From Eledone cirrhosa (Eukaryota): DNA of 64,000 bases. The stretch lies in assembly GCA_964016885.1 (NCBI GenBank), contig OZ024751.1:37758001-37822000 (forward strand), given 5' to 3'. Positions within the stretch are counted from its first letter, which is position 1, and every line of letters begins with the position of its first letter. The position numbers were made by a program, and so were the translations under genes. Positions 58,089 through 64,000 of the stretch are shown piece by piece. Below the pieces are notes generated by a model, which saw nothing but the letters and a program-made list of their open reading frames with translations, made no database searches and was not told where the DNA came from.

Positions 58089-58740
58089 CTTCCATTCTTT
58101 TATGTACAGATACATATGTATATATGTGTCTATGTGTGTCTTCATACAAACACATACATAGCCTTATACGAATTTTATCATGCACATACAGGCAGGCAAT
58201 CCTGAAAATAAAAAAAAGACAAAACAAAATGTAGGTATCTCTGGAAATAATTCTCTTGTGATTACTCACCCTTTACCTTTATTTCTTTTTCTTTACCCCT
58301 CTGGCACTTCATCTGTCTCCATCTATCTATCTATCTATCTATCTATCTGTCTATATCTATCTATCTATACCTATCTATCTATCTATATCTATCTATAACT
58401 ATATCTATCTATCTATCTATATATATCTATATATATCTATATATCTATATATCTATATCTATCTATATATCTATATATCTATCTATATATCTATATATCT
58501 ATCTATATATATATATATATATATGCCTATGTCTTTTAGCCCCACTATTTCTATGAAGCTAGAACACGATAGACAGATATTTATTGAGTGGAAACGAAAG
58601 TCAGTTTGAGAGAGTAAAGCATTGGAAATGAAACAAAAATGATAAAGAGGAAAATATCGAGGGTTTTTTATCTATGTTAAGAAAGCAATGTTTATTCCGC
58701 TCTCTGCTTCAGCCACACACACACACACACACACATATAA

Positions 58741-58795
<55 letters not shown>

Positions 58796-59475
58796 CGTGT
58801 GCGTGTGTGTGTGCGTGTGTGTGTGTGTATATATGTATGTATCTATAAATTCATAAATTCCTATATATATATATAGAGAGATGTATGCAGGCACTTAAGT
58901 GTTTATTTTGTATATATGCTTGTGTACCTGCGTGAATGGCAAACATGTCTTGTTTGTCTTTCTCTGTCTCCCTTCAATGAATTCTACATCCCATTTACCT
59001 TCAATATATATATATATATATATATATATTTACATACATATATATTTACATACATATATATATATATTTAAATACATATACATATATATTAATATGACTT
59101 CCTTTACTGATACATAGAAGTAAAAATCAATATCCTACTGCATCAGTGAATATTCATGCATGTATGTATGTATCGACGAGTATATAATGAATTTGGAAAA
59201 AAGGGGTCAGTAAAGTTTTTACATAACTCAACCTTTCCCGAATCAAGTCTTATTGATTGTCTTCATATTTAGATGTTGCATAATCAAATACTAAAAAGAC
59301 TTATAGTACTTGTGTTGTTGCAGATCCGTCAGTTATGTAAAGTATATTATAAGGATACTTCTATATTTAGAAACCTCGCATATTGATCTACAAACGATTT
59401 AGTTCATCGATCCTTCATAGAATCTTTCAATATATTAATTATCAGGAAACAGAATATATATATATAAAGAGAGAG

Positions 59476-59557
<82 letters not shown>

Positions 59558-61398
59558 AGGAAAAATAGATCCTCAAACGTTATACATTATCAAGCACTTC
59601 ACCATAAAAGCCTTGTTTCCATCTTTAACGATATTACCCATGCACAAAAACACACAAGTAAACATTTACCAGAATATACAATGTGTGGACAATAACGACT
59701 AATTATAAACAAGTCAGACTTCGCTATAAGTCGAATATATTTTACTATGTGGTTTTCTGTGATTTTATTTCACATACAATTATCAGAATTCGGCCCAAAC
59801 TTTCAGTGAAGTCAAGCTCAATGTTAGTCCCATTGACACATAGGTCTTGATATCGACCTTTTACAAGACCCTAGTATTACACTGACGTATTGGATACGTT
59901 TTGTTAATATGAATTCGTCTGTGATGTAAGAAAGTTTGAAAGGAGAATGCTATACTCAAATCACAGTTCAACTTTGTAGGCAGAGGATCAAAAGAATTTT
60001 ATCAAAGATATCTTTGTGGCTTTATTTTGCCCCAATCATCATTCTTATTTATCTGTTATGGTTTGATCTACTTATGGCTAGTTCTATGTTTCTCTACAAT
60101 GTATTGGATTATTTCTATTCGTGTATTTCTTCGGCGAACCAAAATAAATTCACAGGGAAAAGATTTGGAAAAAAAATAATGTTACAGTTTTGGCTAGGAT
60201 AAAAAAAATTTGATACCGGAATCTACGTATTTTCAGGGTTGTTTTTGCTTTCATTGCTATAGATGTAGTTTTCCACTGTTTCAACGAAATTACTTCCTTT
60301 ATGATATATAAATAAAATGTTATCTTTTCGTTTGTATGTTCTTCCTAGCTTCCTTTCGTAGATATTTTTCCCCGATGTATGACGTTTATGTAGTTCAATT
60401 ATTATGAGAACAGCTATCTACAAACTTTTAAATGATCCGTTACTTATCAAAGATGGAAATTATGATTTTCATAACATTGCTCCTTTGTGAAATAAGATTT
60501 TTGTTTGATGACAGCCATTAGAATATTTCTGCTACAAGGCTGCTATGTCTACTAGAATTTCTATTTGAACAATTTATCGGATATCATTTGATAGTGCTCA
60601 ATTAATATGTGGGTAGGTTTTTGAAGTAAAGGTTTGATGTGAATAAAAATATGACGCCTGAAGTTAGATGTCACGATGATCACAAGCAGAGGTCAGGTGT
60701 GAATATATCTATATGATATACATAAATCTTTCTCGAATGAATTTGCGAACAGCATTTCGTACACACAGATCTAATTCAAACACATGGATACTGAAAATCT
60801 CTGCGTGACAAAGAGTTTAAAATAATACAAAGACTATATGTGATGATAAAAAGGGCCAAACGCTCTTGATTTCGTAACCAGTGTTGTACATCGAAGTAGG
60901 ATCAGTCATATATAACGTGGTTCTGTGGAGAATAGAATTGAAGCGCTCAAGCGCATTAGGCAAGAACTATTTAGAAAGTGGAACAAAAGAAAATCAGGAA
61001 TGCAAAATATAGTAACAATCATTTTGAAGCACATGAATTGAATCGAACGTCAGAATAGAGTTCCTGGATTGCTTCCAGATATCCAAAAAGTTATATTCAA
61101 GGGAAGGAATCTGAACGTGGGTGTGTTAAAATGGTCTTTGAAATACGAACAAAGGTTTTTGGAAAGGAAAGACAGAAATGATAAAACTAATGGAAATGAA
61201 TATATTCTAAACATATTTCAGTCAATACATATGAGTATTCATAGTTAAGTTAATTACATGAATGTAATAAACCTATATATGTATGTATGTATGTATTTAT
61301 AGTTGGTCCCGATAATAATATTATTGCTATTATAATTATTGTGGTTTAGGATTGGATACTGTTGTTGAGAAGGACTCGCTCTCTCTTACTCTCCTCCT

Positions 61399-61452
<54 letters not shown>

Positions 61453-61889
61453 TTAAACACACACGAACGCTGATACAGGATCAATATGCAATGGAAGAGG
61501 CAATAAAGCGTAGCAAATACATACACGTGCGCTTGCTAAGGAAAACGCACACTTATGTAAACAAACACCCACACACACACACACCCATATATATATATAT
61601 ATATATAGTGTACACAAACATATACAAATTAATTCAGGCATGACTTCTAAACACTTATGCATATAATTATATCATCATTTTTTTTTTTTAGCTAAATGAC
61701 TTCTACGCGAATGTATACGCCTAGATACTTATATTTGTAAATATACATAATCACACACACTCATTCATATATATACATGATACATGTCTATGCAGAAACA
61801 ATCACGTATTTAAACATGCAGAAAAAATCATGTATTTTGTACATATAGCAATGAAAATGATATGATCTAACTACTACTTAGTTTCTTAA

Positions 61890-61950
<61 letters not shown>

Positions 61951-62107
61951 GATGTGTGTGTGTGTACGTGTGCGTGTGTGTGTGTGTGTGTTGGGGGGGG
62001 GGGGGGCTCAGTTTATCGTGTGTTACAATTGTTTCTGTAAGAACATAGAGTGCTCAACTGGCATACCGCCTATAGAAGCATCATAGCTATATATATATAT
62101 ATATATA

Positions 62108-62300
62108 ATTATTTCTACTTTTGGCACAAGGTCAGCAATTTGAAAGTTAGGGGAAAATCGATTAAATCAATACCAGTGAGTAAATAGTAATTTATTATAT
62201 CTGCTCTATGGATGTATGGCAAACCTAACTTGGTAAAGAACCACAACTCTATGCCGCAAACTATGATGTCCGATGATCCACCGATACTGCCAATACATCA
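62108..62300 (-). mobile_element. Degenerate SINE
   Basis: attatttctacttttggcacaaggtcagcaattt is the reverse complement of the SINE 3' end. Confidence 0.65.
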
Positions 62301-62323
62301 CCGTTATGTAATAATTTAATATT

Positions 62324-62327
<4 letters not shown>

Positions 62328-62363
<36 letters not shown>

Positions 62364-62476
62364 TTATGTATTATATATATATATTATATATATATATATA
62401 TATTATATATATATATATATTATGTATTATATATATATATTATATATATATATATATTATATATATATATATATAT

Positions 62477-62508
<32 letters not shown>

Positions 62509-62688
62509 ATATATATTATATATATATATATATATTATATATATATATATATATTATATATATATAATATATATATATATAATATATATATATTATATAT
62601 ATATATATTATTTATATATATTATATATATATATTATATATATATATTATATATATATATATTATATATATATATATATATTATATAT
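62328..62688. repeat. (TA)n/(TTA) microsatellite
   Basis: Direct reading. Confidence 0.95.
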
Positions 62689-62913
62689 AAACAATTAAGT
62701 TAAAAATGTACATCCACATATGTATACTGAAATACTAGTATGCATATGAATACACACACGTATACATATGTAGATGTACCGAGTTTTTCACTGGTCACTT
62801 TACTGTGAGTGTCCAGCTATTCTGTATGTAAACACACAGACAAACCGGTTTTTAGAGTCATACTGGTTTTTGAGGAAACACCTTTCCTCTATTCTCCAGA
62901 AAGCCAGACAAGG

Positions 62914-62958
62914 AATATTGGACTAGTTTCGATGTTGTTACATCTCATCAGCAATATT
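62914..62958 (-). ncRNA. Type I minimal hammerhead ribozyme, family E copy 1
   Basis: Reverse complement of 63233-63277. Confidence 0.92.
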
Positions 62959-63232
62959 TACCTATCTTCCGGCCTTTCTAGAGAATCGTAAAAGCACATA
63001 TCGTTATATGCTTTTTCTATGAAAATTAGTAGTGGGCAGACTAATTTGCATAGAGCGTGAGTACGTACCGGTTCAACGGTAAACACACAGACAAACCGGT
63101 TTTTATCGTCTCCGTTGAACCGGTACGTACTCACGCTCTATGCAAATTAGTCTGCCCACTACTAATTTTCATAGAAAAAGCATATAACGATATGTGCTTT
63201 TACGATTCTCTAGAAAGGCCGGAAGATAGGTA

Positions 63233-63277
63233 AATATTGCTGATGAGATGTAACAACATCGAAACTAGTCCAATATT
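63233..63277 (+). ncRNA. Type I minimal hammerhead ribozyme, family E copy 2
   Basis: aatattg CTGATGA gatgt-aaca-acatc GAAA ctag TC caatatt; fully canonical core, GUC cleavage after 63270. Confidence 0.93.
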
Positions 63278-63698
63278 CCTTGTCTGGCTTTCTGGAGAAT
63301 AGAGGAAAGGTGTTTCCTCAAAAACCAGTATGACTCTAAAAACCGGTTTGTCTGTGTGTTTACATACAGAATAGCTGGACACTCACAGTAAAGTGACCAG
63401 TGAAAAACTCGGTACATCTACATATGTATACGTGTGTGTATTCATATGCATACTAGTATTTCAGTATACATATGTGGATGTACATTTTTAACTTAATTGT
63501 TTAAGCGTCAGTCATACAAAAGTGAGTTACAAACGAAACGAAATTTAATTTCGTTTCGTTATTTGTTTTTATCGTCTCCGTTGAACCGGTACGTACTCAC
63601 GCTCTATGCAAATTAGTCTGCCCACTACTAATTTTCATAGAAAAAGCATATAACGATATGTGCTTTTACGATTCTCTAGAAAGGCCGGAAGATAGGTA

Positions 63699-63743
63699 AA
63701 TATTGCTGATGAGATGTAACAACATCGAAACTAGTCCAATATT
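63699..63743 (+). ncRNA. Type I minimal hammerhead ribozyme, family E copy 3
   Basis: Identical motif; GUC cleavage after 63736, 466 nt downstream of copy 2. Confidence 0.93.
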
Positions 63744-64000
63744 CCTTGTCTGGCTTTCTGTAGAATAGAGGAAAGGTGTTTCCTCAAAAACCAGTATGAC
63801 TCTAAAAACCGGTTTGTCTGTGTGTTTACATACAGAATAGCTGGACACTCACAGTAAAGTGACCAGTGAAAAACTCGGTACATCTACATATGTATACGTG
63901 TGTGTATTCATATGCATACTAGTATTTCAGTATACATATGTGGATGTACATTTTTAACTTAATTGTTTAAGCGTCAGTCATACAAAAGTGAGTTACAAAC

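Larger units (their letters stand above)
62688..64000. mobile_element. Family E retrozyme/PLE-like locus: inverted arm + tandem 466-bp units
   Basis: Inverted arms 62688-63079/63112-63503; direct units 63099-63564 and 63565-window end; one substitution seen (63295 g vs 63761 t); starts in (TA)n. Confidence 0.92.

Noticed and set aside
62809-63848. Repeated 60-aa ORF MSSYSVCKH...
   Set aside because: GTG start, antisense to the HHR, recurs only because the unit is repeated, and no equivalent ORF is listed for the related F copy.

Overview
AT-rich animal non-coding DNA, about half microsatellite ((TA)n, (CA)n, (GA)n). The SINE families resemble cephalopod (Octopus-type) repeats; this is recognised from memory and not searched. 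No confident protein-coding gene is present, and nearly all listed ORFs are microsatellite artefacts. The main signal is a set of short non-coding elements inserted in (TA)n tracts that carry minimal type I hammerhead ribozymes (HHR: stem I - CUGANGA - stem II - GAAA - palindromic stem III - NUH - stem I). I read 12 complete HHR motifs in five families or subfamilies (my labels B, D, E, F, I), plus partial or degenerate HHRs in families A, C and J. Stems I and II show compensatory changes between copies. Most insertions share one layout: (TA)n - inverted arm stopping at an internal TA - fold-back - sense arm - tail of about 60-100 nt with a GAGTRC-like motif - (TA)n. This matches the pseudo-LTR inversions of Penelope-like retroelements (PLE) and retrozymes. 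The youngest locus (62688-64000) has a 392-bp inverted repeat and a 466-nt tandem unit with one HHR per unit, so it is a candidate circular-RNA-producing retrozyme. No autonomous RT/GIY-YIG partner ORF lies in the window. tRNA-derived SINEs, RTE- and CRE-like LINE fragments and minisatellites are also present. All folds were done by eye and none is experimentally or computationally confirmed.
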